Source: Neodothiora populina (taxonomy: Eukaryota). Taken from it: DNA of 64,000 nt. The notes beneath the pieces were generated by a model. That model searched no databases, was not told the DNA's origin, and worked only from the letters and a program-made list of their open reading frames with translations. The stretch covers positions 682,001 to 746,000 of the forward strand of contig NW_027191406.1 of the NCBI RefSeq assembly GCF_041146345.1. The letters are read 5' to 3'. A program made the translations under genes and the position numbers. Below, piece after piece: positions 25,214 through 37,838 of this stretch. Positions within the stretch are counted from its first letter, which is position 1. Each line of letters starts with the position of its first letter.

Positions 25214-27997
25214 ATGTTCGCGAAAAGGTGAGTTGGAGCCACAGCTCTCTTTCCTTTTTTTCACTGCCACAGATCCACGCCATCGTACCGACTGTTGCTT
25301 CGAGAGATCAATCATTACTACCGCGTCTTAGCTGCATGAACCATATAGCTGACAGTGAGATTTCCCACCACAGAAAGAGTTCGCAGAAGCCGAACGACGA
25401 GCTATACAACAACTTCAAGCTCACGTTCCCCCAGCTACATGGTCGCAATGAGAACAATGTTTCCATTTCGCCCACGCAACCGGGCGCACACCAACTAACA
25501 AATCATGTCAGCGACGCTCTGGATGTCGCTTTGAATCCTCGGTATGCGATTTGCTGATGCCCGTCGTTGTCAGACTGCATATACTTATACTAATTATTGC
25601 GACAGTCAATATGCTGAGCAACAACAACAGCTCAAGGACATGGATCCAACTCCCCGTGGCTCAAATGACCCTTGGGCCTTCAGCACCGGACTAACCCCCT
25701 CAGTGCTCGATCCTAACAGTAATTCCTTCAATACATTTGCCAACCAGATGCCTGGGTATTACACTCCCACTCCTGGTGGCACGAACACTCTATTCCACCC
25801 TCAGGCAGGTGATCTTCACACTCCGGGCATCTTGGGCCTTGGTACTCCTCTTTCCATGCCGACATCAGACAATGCCATTCACTCAGGTCACAACATGGGC
25901 ATCTTCCCTTCGCAGATGCACCAAATGAGTCAGAACCACTTCTCAAATATGAACCCATTTCACATGCATCATCACCAGGCCTTTCCGCCCCAGAGCTTCC
26001 AACACCAGCCGGCCATGTTTGAGAATATGCAAGCACATACTTCAGACTCTCCTATGGCTGATGTCAACTTTGATGTGGACATGCAGAACCAGCCGACTGA
26101 ATTGACCTTCGAACCTCAAGGACTGAGCAATGCAATGATGAATGCTCCCCCACTCCATCCTTCGACTGAAAAGTATGTGGCCCTTGCACTTCCCATGAAG
26201 AGAACCAAATACTAATTACTTGTGTGCAGATTTCGTTACCATGTCACACTTAATGCGCCTACTGCGATGATTAGACATGCTGACGAGATTCCCATCACCT
26301 ATCTCAACAAGGGACAGGCGTATACTCTATCAGTGGTAGACACCGCTCCGCAACAATCTGTCGTCGGTCAACTTAAGTACCGCACATTTGTTCGCGTCTC
26401 CTTCGAGGACGAGTCGCAACGTCAACGTCCAGGAGCATGCTGGCAGCTCTGGAAGGAAGGTCGCGGTACCAACGAAGCACACCAGCGTGGAGGTCGACTA
26501 CAAGCAGTCGAATTCGTTGAGCCAAACCAGATGAACGGAGGAGGTGAAGATCCAACCCGCCCACACATCGAATTGGAGTCTGCATCATTTGACGGTTTCT
26601 GTGTCACCTGGACTCCTTCTGGAACTGGAGTAACCGAGTGCCCTATCTCCGTTCGTTTCAACTTTCTATCTACAGACTTCAGCCACTCGAAGGGCGTCAA
26701 AGGCATTCCCGTCCGCCTGTGCGCCAAGACAGAGCTACTCCTCGATTCCATGCCTCCTGCATCGCCTCAACAGCCAGTCCACGAAGTTTGCTACTGCAAA
26801 GTCAAACTTTTCCGCGACCACGGCGCTGAACGCAAGCTGTCCAACGACGTTGCTCATGTCAAGAAAACGATCGAGAAACTGTCTCAGCAGATATCGCAGG
26901 CCGAGGCTGGTATGAGGGACATGAACAAGCGGAAGCGCAGCGGATCCATCTCCAATAAGGCTACTTTGAACCATGGCCCGGGCAAAGTACCCAAGCACAG
27001 GAGAACTTGGTCAATGTCTTCGACGGCGTCTGGCAATGGCAAGATGTCCGCCGAGGACGACCTACAGAGAAAACTCATCAGCATGCAGGACATGTTTGGC
27101 TCTACTCGTCCAGCTAGTGTCTTGTTCCTACGCGGCGAGGAAGGTGATGATCCGGATGTTCATCCTGTGCACCTTGCCGGAGAGCCTATCGACCTTACCA
27201 AAGTGGAGCGCCCGGATACCGCAATGTGGGAGAAGCAAAGCTTGAAGACCACCTCCTCGATCGTCTCACCTACTCCAAGTAGTCAATCTCTGGCTTCGAA
27301 CAGTCACCGGAACTCTGTCAATCAACCCTCGGCCTTTGCCCCACCTTCTCGCGTCGACTCCTCCATTGAATGGGGTAAACAATCACAGAGTTCGTCTATG
27401 GACCTACAGTCCTGCAACCCGCAACAGCTAGCCAGTCCACCTGATCAGCCGGTCAAAATACAGACCCGCTCGCCCGCCACTGGTACCTTGTCCGGTTGGA
27501 TCGAGAGTCTTGGAGTTGATCCATCTTACCAGCCACCTGCGGAAAGAGCGATCAAGCCTGGTACGTTTTCTTCCTCTACCCCTTTGCTTTGTATGAGCCC
27601 ATTACTAATAACACGTCTAGTCGCATGCTTTTTCATCCAACCAAGAGTGGCTGGCAAAATGGCGGAAGACGGTTACTACCGCGCAGTCTACCTTCAGCAA
27701 AGAACACAGAAGGACTTCACCAACGCAGTCGCCATGAAATGTGGCATCGAACCAACTCAAGTTGTCCGGACCATTCGCATCAGCCGCAACGGTCTGCACG
27801 TCTTAATGGATGACGAGACCATTCAAGAGATGCCTGAAGGCCAGGACATGACTGCAGAGTTCACCGAGGTCCAGCCCTCAGGCACACGACGCACTCGCGA
27901 GTGGGACTCTGGTTCCACAGACATACAAGTGGATGGTGACCTCTCTAGCATCAGTGATCACCCGTCTGTTGGTTACGAGCTCAAACTTCTGTACTAA
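25214..27997 (+). CDS. CP2/Grainyhead-like transcription factor
   Basis: Exons 25214-25227, 25374-25541, 25606-26172, 26230-27560 and 27621-27997, all GT-AG with branch sites. CP2 domain: FRYHVTLNAPTAM..EIPITYLNKGQAY..VRFNFLSTDFSHSKGVKGIPVRLCAKTE..CKVKLFRDHGAERK. C-terminal YYRAVYL..MDDETIQEMPEGQDM. Confidence 0.93.
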
Positions 27998-30900
27998 GTC
28001 TCGAGCTTGACACTCAGCCATGATGCTTCGACTTCCAGTCGACCGACACGAACGTTACGAGACAGAAACCTTTCCAGTTGGTGTGATCCTGGCACGATTG
28101 CCCTGGGCGCATCAACTTTTGGATCACACCCGCCCAGCTTCATCGGAGATATCATGCCTTCATTTAGGATCGAATTGGCGAACGAGATACCCACGCCTCG
28201 ATATCGGGCCCTGTTTTTCACTTGCGCTGTTTATTTGATACCCTTCTTTGCGAAATACGTATTACCTTTTAATGCACATCTTCGGTGCGTCTATCAGACC
28301 GCCTTCATTTCTGTCTAGCCTTGCTGGCACAAGATCATCACGCGGAGGGATATTGGTTTCATCAGGTCAACCCTTCACAGGGATAGCAAATGGTTTTTTC
28401 TCATTCCTTGGTTGGCGGGACACTGGTGTTTTGGATATTCTTGTGATACCCCAATATCAACCGCGCGTTGATTTTCCTTACAACAGTACATGAATTTCAT
28501 CTCCTATCACAACAAGGAGCATTGCGGTCGTTCCTCTTCCAAAACACCAAAATTTCGCTTCGTGATTTCAATGATAGGCTACGTACACATTGGGACTATG
28601 CACAGAGTCAGCAGAGCCACCGATTTTCTCGATCTATGCACGCTTAGATGAAACTGTGGCACTCCACTCAACGCTGCAAGCACGGTGATGTCAAGTGACG
28701 CCTTGCCGTTCCCCGCTAGAAGTACGCGCGTGCATACTTTCGGTCGAGGAAATACGTACCGCAACGATAGTGGCGGTGACAGCGCACCACCGTTGCGTTT
28801 ACGCCACATCTGTGCTGACTCGTTCATGGCAATCATCATCAACGGACGCCGATCGAAGCATTGGCCATATGGGTACCGTGCTTCGGGCATGACCGGATCA
28901 GCCGAGTAGCGGCTCGGCGTCACAAATGCTTGGGTCCGGCATGCCAAAAGCTTGGAGGGTTGAGGGTGAACGGAACGCCATGCTTCCTCAGCCACTACAT
29001 TTTCTACAGTCATAATGGATATCTTACTTGTCTTCATTTGTTGCAAGGGTTTGTCTATGCTACGACATCCGCTCTAGGCGTGCTTGTACTGATGATGCAG
29101 ATTGCAATCCGCCTAGCGCCATCGTTCCACACATCTGCTATGCAGAGGGCAAACCAGAACTGCGGGAAAACGAATACAAGCGTGCTGCGGCAGATCAGAG
29201 CCATAACTCTCCGAAGGAGGGTTCATGAGGGAAGCGAAATGGGAAAGTCGGAAATACGATATCTGGAATATTGTGCGAAAGCTTTCGCGATCTCCATCCT
29301 TTCCTTTCCGCTTGCACCATCGCCATGTCATGTTCTGCGTGCGCGACCCTCTCTCAAGATTAAACGCTGCTGATTTGATGGCGGACAAACCTCCGATAAT
29401 GCGACAACGCCTAGCGCTGGGCCCTTTCGCGTTCTCGTCCATTATGGTGTGAACCGATAGTGCGTGTCGCATGGTTATGACATTATTTTGGTCTTTATTG
29501 CAAAATAGTCCATCAAACCAAAGCGATTTGCCTTTAGTGGTGGTTCATGTACCACAGGCCAGATAGCTGCGGCGGTGAAGGCCGTTCGCTATGAGCACGA
29601 CTGGTGAAGATCGTGTAAGCGTATGACATCGGTGGTGAATTACCCACGTGCGCGCTTAGACCTGCTTCCTTCGACACTGTTACATTGCTGAGCCACTCTT
29701 CATGTGGTAGTGCACTGTAAATCCGAGCTTTTCTGAAAGAGTTACTTGGCGAGAGATTGTGAAAGCTTTTCGCAGCCTGTGCCAAATGAGGCCGCATTTG
29801 GCGATGCAGTACGCAGGCCATGTGGTAGTTGCTATGGAGTCGCGATTTCCGAAGTGTGGCTAGTGAGAATGCAAATGATGGAGCTACTGCACTAGACGTT
29901 CATCCGTACCTTACCCGCCAAGGCTACATGTCGAGATTGTGTTCTCTGGTCCCCCTTAGAAACGGGGTCCTAGCTACATTAACCCGCCCACCCACCGGGA
30001 GCGATATATTAATAGTGGAGACATCTTCCTACAGCAGTCGCACGCCAGAGCCGCCAAAATAATCGGTCTTCCTCGCGAGCCTCAATTTCGCTTGAGGGAG
30101 GGTGTGTCAGCCTCATCGTTCGTCATCATGACGACCCCCTTCTGGACCATTTGGAAATTTTGACGTGATGTTTGCTCTATAGCAGATGTGTTGTATGTAC
30201 ACTGGTACTCCTGGTCCCCCTTCGACAATTCTATTTTTGTCCTCACGCTTCATCAGACCTGCCGCCTCACGGACATTGTGTAATTTCTTCGACTGACCAA
30301 CCAGCTTACGCAAACGATGATTTGCTGTGCACCTAGAGTTGCCCTATGACAGTACAATCCCATCACTTGGCGACAAGTAATCGCCAAGGGTGACTATGGA
30401 TTTGCTCACGCACTATTACTTACTGCTAGACAACGTAGTCACCCTTAGCCGTCCATTTACTTGGGACAGAGCTCGGGCGAAGTTCGTTATATGTGAAATA
30501 GAACGGAAAGAACGAGCCTACCGCTGTATAACACCGTGACCCAAGGATAAGTGATTCACAGTCCTCGGTTCCATCGGAACCCACAAACTAACGGTTCACT
30601 TGGCTTGTCATATAATGATAGTCCAAATTGTCGGCCATCACTCCATCTTGGAAATTGATGTAGTCCGGCAGGATAGCGGTCTTTCCGAAGATACAATATT
30701 GTAAGGTGGGACTTGTGAGACGTGTGGATACCCATGGTCGCCTACCATTCCTTTGCTCAGCACATTGTGTGTGCTTGTAAGCATTGCGCATATCTACTTA
30801 CACAAGGTCCCGCTACTATGTGCAAGTGAAACAGCGTCCAGAGTAAAAATGTCTCTGACTTTCTGATAGCTCGGCATGTGTATTTCGTAGGCCTAATTGG

Positions 30901-31356
30901 GATATAAGTTCGGGAATACCCTATGGACCGCCGAATCACGTCAATCATGGCAAGCATTCTCCCGAGGCACTCTGGCATTCATACACGACGTGACTGGACT
31001 GATAGATGCGCCACGCGGCGGATGCGACGCCATTGGAATGAGAGTAAGTATCATTGATAGCGGGATCTTGGGCAGGGCGGGAGCGCATAGCTTGGTTGCC
31101 GATCATCGTAAGCGAACGTAACCATGGTTCACCAGCGAGCTTCATAACGCTGCTCCGTGAAACGCAATTTGAGCAACTCGTGGTTGTGGCTGGAGCGTAC
31201 AACTACAGATGTCTCGAAGAACTCTAACAGCCACTCCATTCAACTGCCGAGCGATATGTTTATGGGGATTGAGCATGGTACACGTGAGCAACGAGACAGC
31301 GCCGCTGGTTGGGGCGTGGTGCTATTCATGGGTCCTATCTCATACTACGACTAGTA

Positions 31357-32320
31357 TCAGAAGCTCGCTTTCAGACCTAGGCACCAGGTGACAGAGTCTG
31401 CACTACGCTGTACTTTGCCTTCCTGTTCCAACTTCTTCAGGATCTTGAGCAACCCCCCTCGGCCGGTGCGTGGAGAGACTCAGGATAGTCCTTGTATATG
31501 ACTTCCACTATATCTATTGACTTCCATTGCATGCCTCGGCCTGAGTTGTCTTTACTCAATACATCCAGGACCTGCCGTTCTCGCTCCTGGCGGTGCTTGA
31601 TATATTCTTGTATTTTCGACTTGCCGTCGTCGACAACTGCACCATGACCAGGGTATGCTCTACCTGAGAACTGATGCTGCATGTTCTCCAGACTCTGCAT
31701 GTACGCAGTATAATCCTCGAACACAGCAGTGCCATGGCCGAGAACGTTGTCTCCAGTGAACATGGCATCTTCCTCTTCGAGGATGAATGCCATGTGGTCA
31801 GTAGTATGGCCAGGGCAGTGAAAGGCTCGAAGAGTTGCCCCTTCTATGTCAAATCTTTGACCATCGCCAATATCAAGCTGATTCGCTCCCGGTCGATTCT
31901 TGTATATCTTCGCATCTGGGGATATCTTTAAAAGGTCATCAACACCGCTAACATGATCATGATGCCAGTGAGTCAGTATTACGCGGTCCACAGTGACTGC
32001 TTCTTCTTCTAGCACTGTTTTCACGGACTGTGCCCACGCTGGGAAACCTTCTCCGCTATCGACTAGAATGCGTTTAGGACCTTGTCCGACAAGGTACGTA
32101 TTTGTGCCTGAGTTTTGTGAATATTAGTCTTTTATGTCACGCACACATGTCTTAGTAGACCAGGACACAGAACCTTGTAAAGTGAACTACTAACATCAGT
32201 ATCTCTCCATATATATTGACCAAGGATGGAGTGTACCTTTCCAGGATTTCCCCCTAGTATCCGAATCACTCTTGAGCTCAGCCTCTCTATGTTTGGGAGT
32301 TGAACAAGATTCGAAGCCAT
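31357..32320 (-). CDS. Metallo-beta-lactamase-fold hydrolase (LACTB2-like); apparent 1-nt deletion at 31453-31458
   Basis: Exons 32320-32237, 32186-32174 (13 nt) and 32107-31357. Motifs: RILGGNPGK|FTLQ|GTNTYLVG, THWHHDHVSG (HxHxDH), PGHTTDH, FTGDNVLG, YPGHG. As written the ORF stops at 31437; one extra G extends it to 31357. Confidence 0.9.
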
Positions 32321-32949
32321 ATCTACCAATACTCGTCTGGCTGCTGAAGATAGTAGGATCAATTCCTACGACGAGTCTCACTCTATGGGACGTGTGGAAG
32401 CTTGAGCACGGTATTGTGCGTTTGTTACTGCGACTCTAGATCGAGTGTTCTTGTACACACAGAACAGTCCTCGCTTGAGGCAGGTGTGCTGCTCCTTATG
32501 TCTGCCTTGAGATCATATGGCATTATACTGTGAGTAAGCAGGGCAGGACTACAGCCTCGGCTTCGCGGAGACTTCCAGATCGTACTCTGTAGAGCATTCG
32601 CCTGTGCAGTCCTGTAATTTATTGAAACACGTACTGTAAAAGGTCAAGGGTCTTCCTTCCTCATTTGTACTATTCTCCCTCGCTGACCACTACTCGGTGC
32701 AGCACTGCGTTACACTGGGCAATCGACCACGATACAGTACAGTACATTACTGTTCAATACATTGCTGTGATACAGACCTTTGGAGACAGGATATTGGAAC
32801 ATAACAATAAGAATTACAACATCTGTTGAAGTTAACGAGCATCTTATACACAACTTGCGCTATTGTACAGCTTTTTCGCTACGGGGACCGTAATATACCG
32901 GATATTTGCATCCACTTTTTCTCAGTGCACTGTATCTAAACCACAAGAC

Positions 32950-33945
32950 ATGCCACACATGGATGGAGACGACGACACCCCGTAAGATCAAGCAAAGCAA
33001 GAAATCAGCAATCTCAATGAACTTGATCTAACACCCGAGTAGCGTTCTTGCGCCCTCGGCACTGGCCGCTCTACGAGAATTTTACGTAGAGAGGGACACT
33101 CGAGAAAAGCAATTCGAGGATCTCAAGGCAGCTGCGGAGAATGACTTTGATGATCAAGCGCCGATTGCCATGGAGTTGTTCAGCGAGAGTTGGCAGGACA
33201 GTCAGTTCTGGTATAAGGATGCCACGGCCACGACGTTAGCGGAGCAACTTCTCGACGGCGTCACACAAGATAGCAGGATCGCCGTCGTGTCGGCGCCGAC
33301 AGTGTATGTCAAGCTGAGGAATCTACTGGTAAGTGTATTGTCAAGCAGCTCGGGGATGAAAAATCACTGATAAAGGTTCTAGCTTGACCGCGAGAGATAT
33401 CCTATCCGGCCACAGCTTACACTACTTGAATTCGACGAGAGGTTCGAGGTCTTCAAGGACGAATTCGTACCTTACGACTTCAAGCAACCGCTCAAGCTAC
33501 CTAGTAAGGCTAGATTGACGGTAGACATGGCACGACAGATGACTGACAGAAGTTGCTAGAATCCTTGAAGGGAGCATTTGACCGAATCATCTGCGATCCT
33601 CCTTTTCTAAGTGACGAATGTCAGACAAAAGGTACACCGCCCATTCCACACTACTAGACCGTACGAAAGTTTCTAAAATTCCATACAGCTGCTTTGACTG
33701 TTCGCTGGCTAGCAAAGTCTTGGGTAGGACCGTCTAATGAGGCGAGTGATCCGGTGCGATTGATCTTGTGCACAGGCGAGCGCATGGAGACACTTGCTCG
33801 CAAGCTGTATGGCAAGGCCGGCATGCTGACGACGACGTTCCTCCCCGAGCACTCCAATCCATTGAGCAACGAGTTTCGATGCTATGCGAACTTCGAGTGC
33901 AGTGCATGGAAATGGCAACCGGAAGCCATGGCCACGAAGCCTTGA
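32950..33945 (+). CDS. EFM5: EF1A lysine N-methyltransferase (Efm5/N6AMT2)
   Basis: Exons 32950-32981, 33043-33328, 33383-33503, 33560-33631 and 33689-33945. Motifs: ALAALREFY, ESWQDSQFWY, IAVVSAPTVY, LLEFDERF, ICDPPFLS, TFLPEHSNPLSNEFRCYANF. Confidence 0.92.
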
Positions 33946-34385
33946 GGTTATGGAGGACTGCGTTGTATAGAACGAGTTTTGGTTGAGTGTCATGGCAGCA
34001 TCGTATAGTCGCTCAATAGCTGGACTTTGCGCTCACGCACAATCTGTGTATTGTACAATGAACCTTGCCAATCACAGAGTCGTGAGTGTCTTTGATCGAG
34101 ACCCGAAGTACAGTAAATACTAGTAGACCGGTTTCGGCTCACAGTAGACCGGGCAAAGACCAGAGAATACCTCACAGTACAGATACTGCCTCGAAGCACG
34201 CGAAAGTGATCGGCATCGTCATCAAAAAATACCCCACATCAACATTCCCTCGGGCATTTCTTGGAGCTCCAAGATATGAGTGATATGGTGCCGCAACTGA
34301 TAACAATCTCACCTTCTCCCCAACTATCAATCCATACACGTTTCGTAGACCTTCGCTTTCTTGAAAGCAAAGTAATCTAGCAATC

Positions 34386-35034
34386 ATGTCTGCCGCATCG
34401 TGCATCTTCTGCAAGATCATCAAGGGTGAGTAGTCAATCTATGTACCTGGAAAGTAAAGATCTCATACACAGTATCTGACCAAAGCCGCGCAATGAAGGC
34501 GAGATCCCATGCCTGAAGCTATTCGAGAGCGAAAAGACGCTGGCCTTCCTGGACATCCAGCCCCTGTCGACCAACCATGCGGTGCGTCCCGTCTCATTCT
34601 CTTCTGACTCCCCAGTCTACACAACAAGAAGGAAGCCAGAAAACAGAAACCCGAAAGAGACAAGACTGACTCGGGCGGGCACCTCCAGCTCGTGATCCCC
34701 AAATACCACGGCGAGAAGCTGACCGACGTACCTGACGACCACCTCAGTGAGGTCCTCGTGAGCCACCCCCGTTGCATACCCTGCCGATAAAGACCCAATG
34801 ATTGAGTGATGAAACCAGTCCGTCCTCAAGCGCCTAGCTGCAGCCTCCGGCGCAACCGACTACAATATCCTGCAGAACAACGGCCGGCTGTCGCACCAAG
34901 TGGTCGACCACGTGCATTTCCACATGATCCCAAAGCCCAGCAAGGAGCAAGGATTGGGTATTGTTTGGAATGGAACTGATCCGGGCCAGGAGACGCTTAA
35001 GAAGGTTGCTGAGGAGTTGAGGAGTAAGATGTAG
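34386..35034 (+). CDS. HNT1: Histidine-triad nucleotide-binding protein (adenosine monophosphoramidase)
   Basis: Exons 34386-34425, 34499-34581, 34689-34757 and 34819-35034. Reads CIFCKIIK|GEIP..AFLDIQPLS..HA|LVIPKYH..YNILQNNGRLSHQVVDHVHFHMIPK (HIT motif). Missed by the ORF track. Confidence 0.95.
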
Positions 35035-35476
35035 ATTTCTCTTGCTCTTTTTACATCCTGGGGCAGAAGAAGAGAGGTTAGGGGGAGGGGGCGTCAAGTG
35101 GAGTGGGTTTGATTGATCATGAGCAAGGGAGGCGGAGAGGGAGTTACTTTGTTGGAAGAAAAGGCATTGGAAGGAGACGAAGAAGAAGAATGGACAGATG
35201 AGTTCTTGGAATAGGCGCATTGCGCAATTGTAGAAGCAATCGGAGATTGCGGCAAGCCGCCCTTCAACTTGGATCGTAAAATGCCCATGATAAACTCAGT
35301 CGCATCTGTAGAGAGTGGTGTTGTCGCGTCGCTTGTCCATTTGTGGAAGACAAAACACCACGAGTGATGTACTGAATATGAGAGCGTTGACAGGACACGT
35401 TTTAATTTATTGCCAATACTGCCTTTGGATACAGAATCGTGCGATTTCGGCAACCGGTCGACTGCTCGTGGAAAGT

Positions 35477-37473
35477 CTACATCATACCACTCAGCAAGAC
35501 GACACTACCGCACACCCAAGCAGGCCACCACACAATCCAAACGGTCACGGCGGTCCACACTTTCTCCACCTTCCAGGCCCACGCCGCCGCCTCTAGCAGG
35601 TCGACGAAATGCTTGCGCGAGAGGTGACTGCCAATCATGAGAACAGCAGGAGGAGAAGTAGCGATCATGACGGCCACGGCAAGTATCGCCAGCAAGACTC
35701 GGACGACAAGAGGAGAAGACTTTGGCGGCGAGAAGCTGCGCACGAATGACAGAGGTGCGGCCAAGATGCCGACGAACAGAGCTTGAGAGAAGTTTAGCGT
35801 TGCGAGGGTCGAGAGGGCGGCGCCGAGGAGAAGTAGGGAGAAGCATTGCATCAAAAGGTAGTTTTGCGCGGATAGCTTCAGCACACGGGAGAAAATGGCG
35901 GCGATGACGACGGGGGCGACGACGGTGCATGCCAGAGAGAGGATGGTGAGTCCGTCCGAGGTCTGTAAGTGCGAGTCAGTATCGTAGTCGAAGTGAAGAG
36001 AAGCGAAAAGGGACATCACCTTTGCTGGAGCTTGATTGAAGACATAGAAAGGAACCAGGCCGAGGACATGGACAGTGAAAAGAGCGGCCAATGGAAGGAA
36101 CATGTCTCTCTCAGCCACGGCCAAAGACTCTGTTGCAATGACAGCAATGTCACCACCTTCCTTGATCACGGTCATCTCTGGTTGCTTCTCCGCTATGGGA
36201 GAGGCAGGCTTCAGGTCTGGCCGAACAGGCTGTCCACTCTTGACCCAGAGCAGAATAGCAGTGATGGTGAAATTGACGGCAATGAGCATGGCACTGGGCA
36301 GGTAAGTGCCGATACTGACGAAACGATGTTCATGCATCAACAGATAGAAAAAGAAGCTCTGGTGCAGATGCTCGAGCAAATTGTTGACGCTTCGGAAAAC
36401 ACTCTCGACGACTCTTCCAAGAGACATCTCATCGTGCCATCCAGCGCCGACAGTCTGTAAGGTTATGGCATCGATATGATAAGGCATGAAGCTGCTGTGG
36501 GGACCACTGGCGTGGCCGAGAGCCTGGCTGAGCATGCCTCTCAACATGGTCTGAAGACGAGAAGGATACTTGTCGTCGTGGTCCCACATGCGCTGAATCG
36601 TGCAGCCGATGCCGATTTGGCCATTGGCGATGTTCACCGCAGTGTTGAAGAGATCGAGGTTGGGAAGTTGTCCGTTTACTCCGTCGTAGACGATATGCAG
36701 TTTATCGAAGCGATGGCCCCATGGGCCAGCCGGGTAATCGATGGCCACAGCAGCCTGCAGTGCTCCTGCCTTGATGTCGAGTGCAGACACAGTTGAGGGA
36801 TCGTGAGTGTCGTGATAAGCGTCGACCCAGGCTTGCGGGCCGTAGGTGCTGTCGGAAGGGATGACAATGATGATGTCCTTGGACCAGATGGACCATCGTT
36901 TGAAATATCGTGCCAGACTCAAAACCAGAGAGACTCCGCTGTAATTGACCTCGCCGTTCATATTGCGCCACGCTCCGATGAGGACCATTGCCTCTGTGGC
37001 ATCTGCTCTCGGTCCCTGGAGGACGGCGTAGACATTGCGACCACTCTTAGCCTGGCCGGACACGTGATAGGTGTAGTTCTGGATGCATGTCTTCAGACCG
37101 CTGGCGGCGAGCATGTCTGCCAGCTTCTGCGTCCTCTCATCCTCGGACAATTCGTTCATGGCAAAGACTTCGTGTCTGTAAGCGCGGAACACATTGTGCT
37201 CACTGCCGCCATAATAAGTGTGGACCTGGCCGGGCAGGATGGCATTCTCGGAGACATAGGTGCGTCTCGAGTAGTCGTCGAGGGGGAGCAATAACAGCCA
37301 TGCGACTCCTATCAACACGCACAAAGCAGACAGATACGGGGGGGCTCGCAGCAGACGGGGATCATGCCGAAGACCGAGCACACCAGCTTTTTTGTTATTA
37401 TCGTTGTTAGTGTTCCGACGTTGGATAGATAAATAAGAGGACAAGAGAGGACAGACTTACATAGGAGTGCCAT
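35477..37473 (-). CDS. GAA1: GPI transamidase subunit Gaa1
   Basis: Exons 37473-37461, 37386-36020 and 35962-35477. Motifs: TYVSENAILPGQ, PRADATEAMVL, WSKDII, GVNGQLPNLDLFN, FRSVNNLLEHLHQSFFFYLL, followed by multiple transmembrane helices. Confidence 0.95.
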
Positions 37474-37838
37474 GACACAATCAAAAGGGACAAGTCGGCA
37501 TCACCCAAACCATCAAGGAGAGTGGTGAACAGCTACGGTACCGTACAACAATGATATTGTACAGTACAGCATATCTGGCGAGCTGTATACGATCTAGTGC
37601 ACCATACTAGTCCAGCAGATAACCCCGGATTTACATGTCGTCAAAACAATTCAATTGCACGATTCGCTGTTCTGTAAGCCCGCCGTCTTTTTGCTCATTC
37701 GCGACGCTTTGGGTCTTCTGCTGCCCCCCTCTACCCCTCGACATTTTCTTCTGCCACTGTGTCATTGTGTGCTGTATCTGCTATATTGTCCTTTGATTCT
37801 GCACTGTCGGGCTACTCGAGCCAGAGATCAGAAAAGTC

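Noticed and set aside
30100..30360. Minus-strand words reminiscent of U3 or C/D snoRNA boxes (GTACTGTCATAGG, AGCGTGA, ATGATGA, CTGA)
   Set aside because: The conserved box A GGATCA is absent, the C-to-D spacing is only ~12 nt, and no terminal stem or rRNA guide is evident.
31357..32320. Metallo-beta-lactamase as a polyketide thioesterase marking a secondary-metabolite cluster
   Set aside because: No PKS/NRPS or tailoring genes in the window; the neighbours are housekeeping genes.
33015..33035. GAACTTGATC in EFM5 intron 1, resembling part of a fungal TPP riboswitch
   Set aside because: Lacks the CTGAGA and GGNTAAT..CC..CG elements, and the host gene is unrelated to thiamine.
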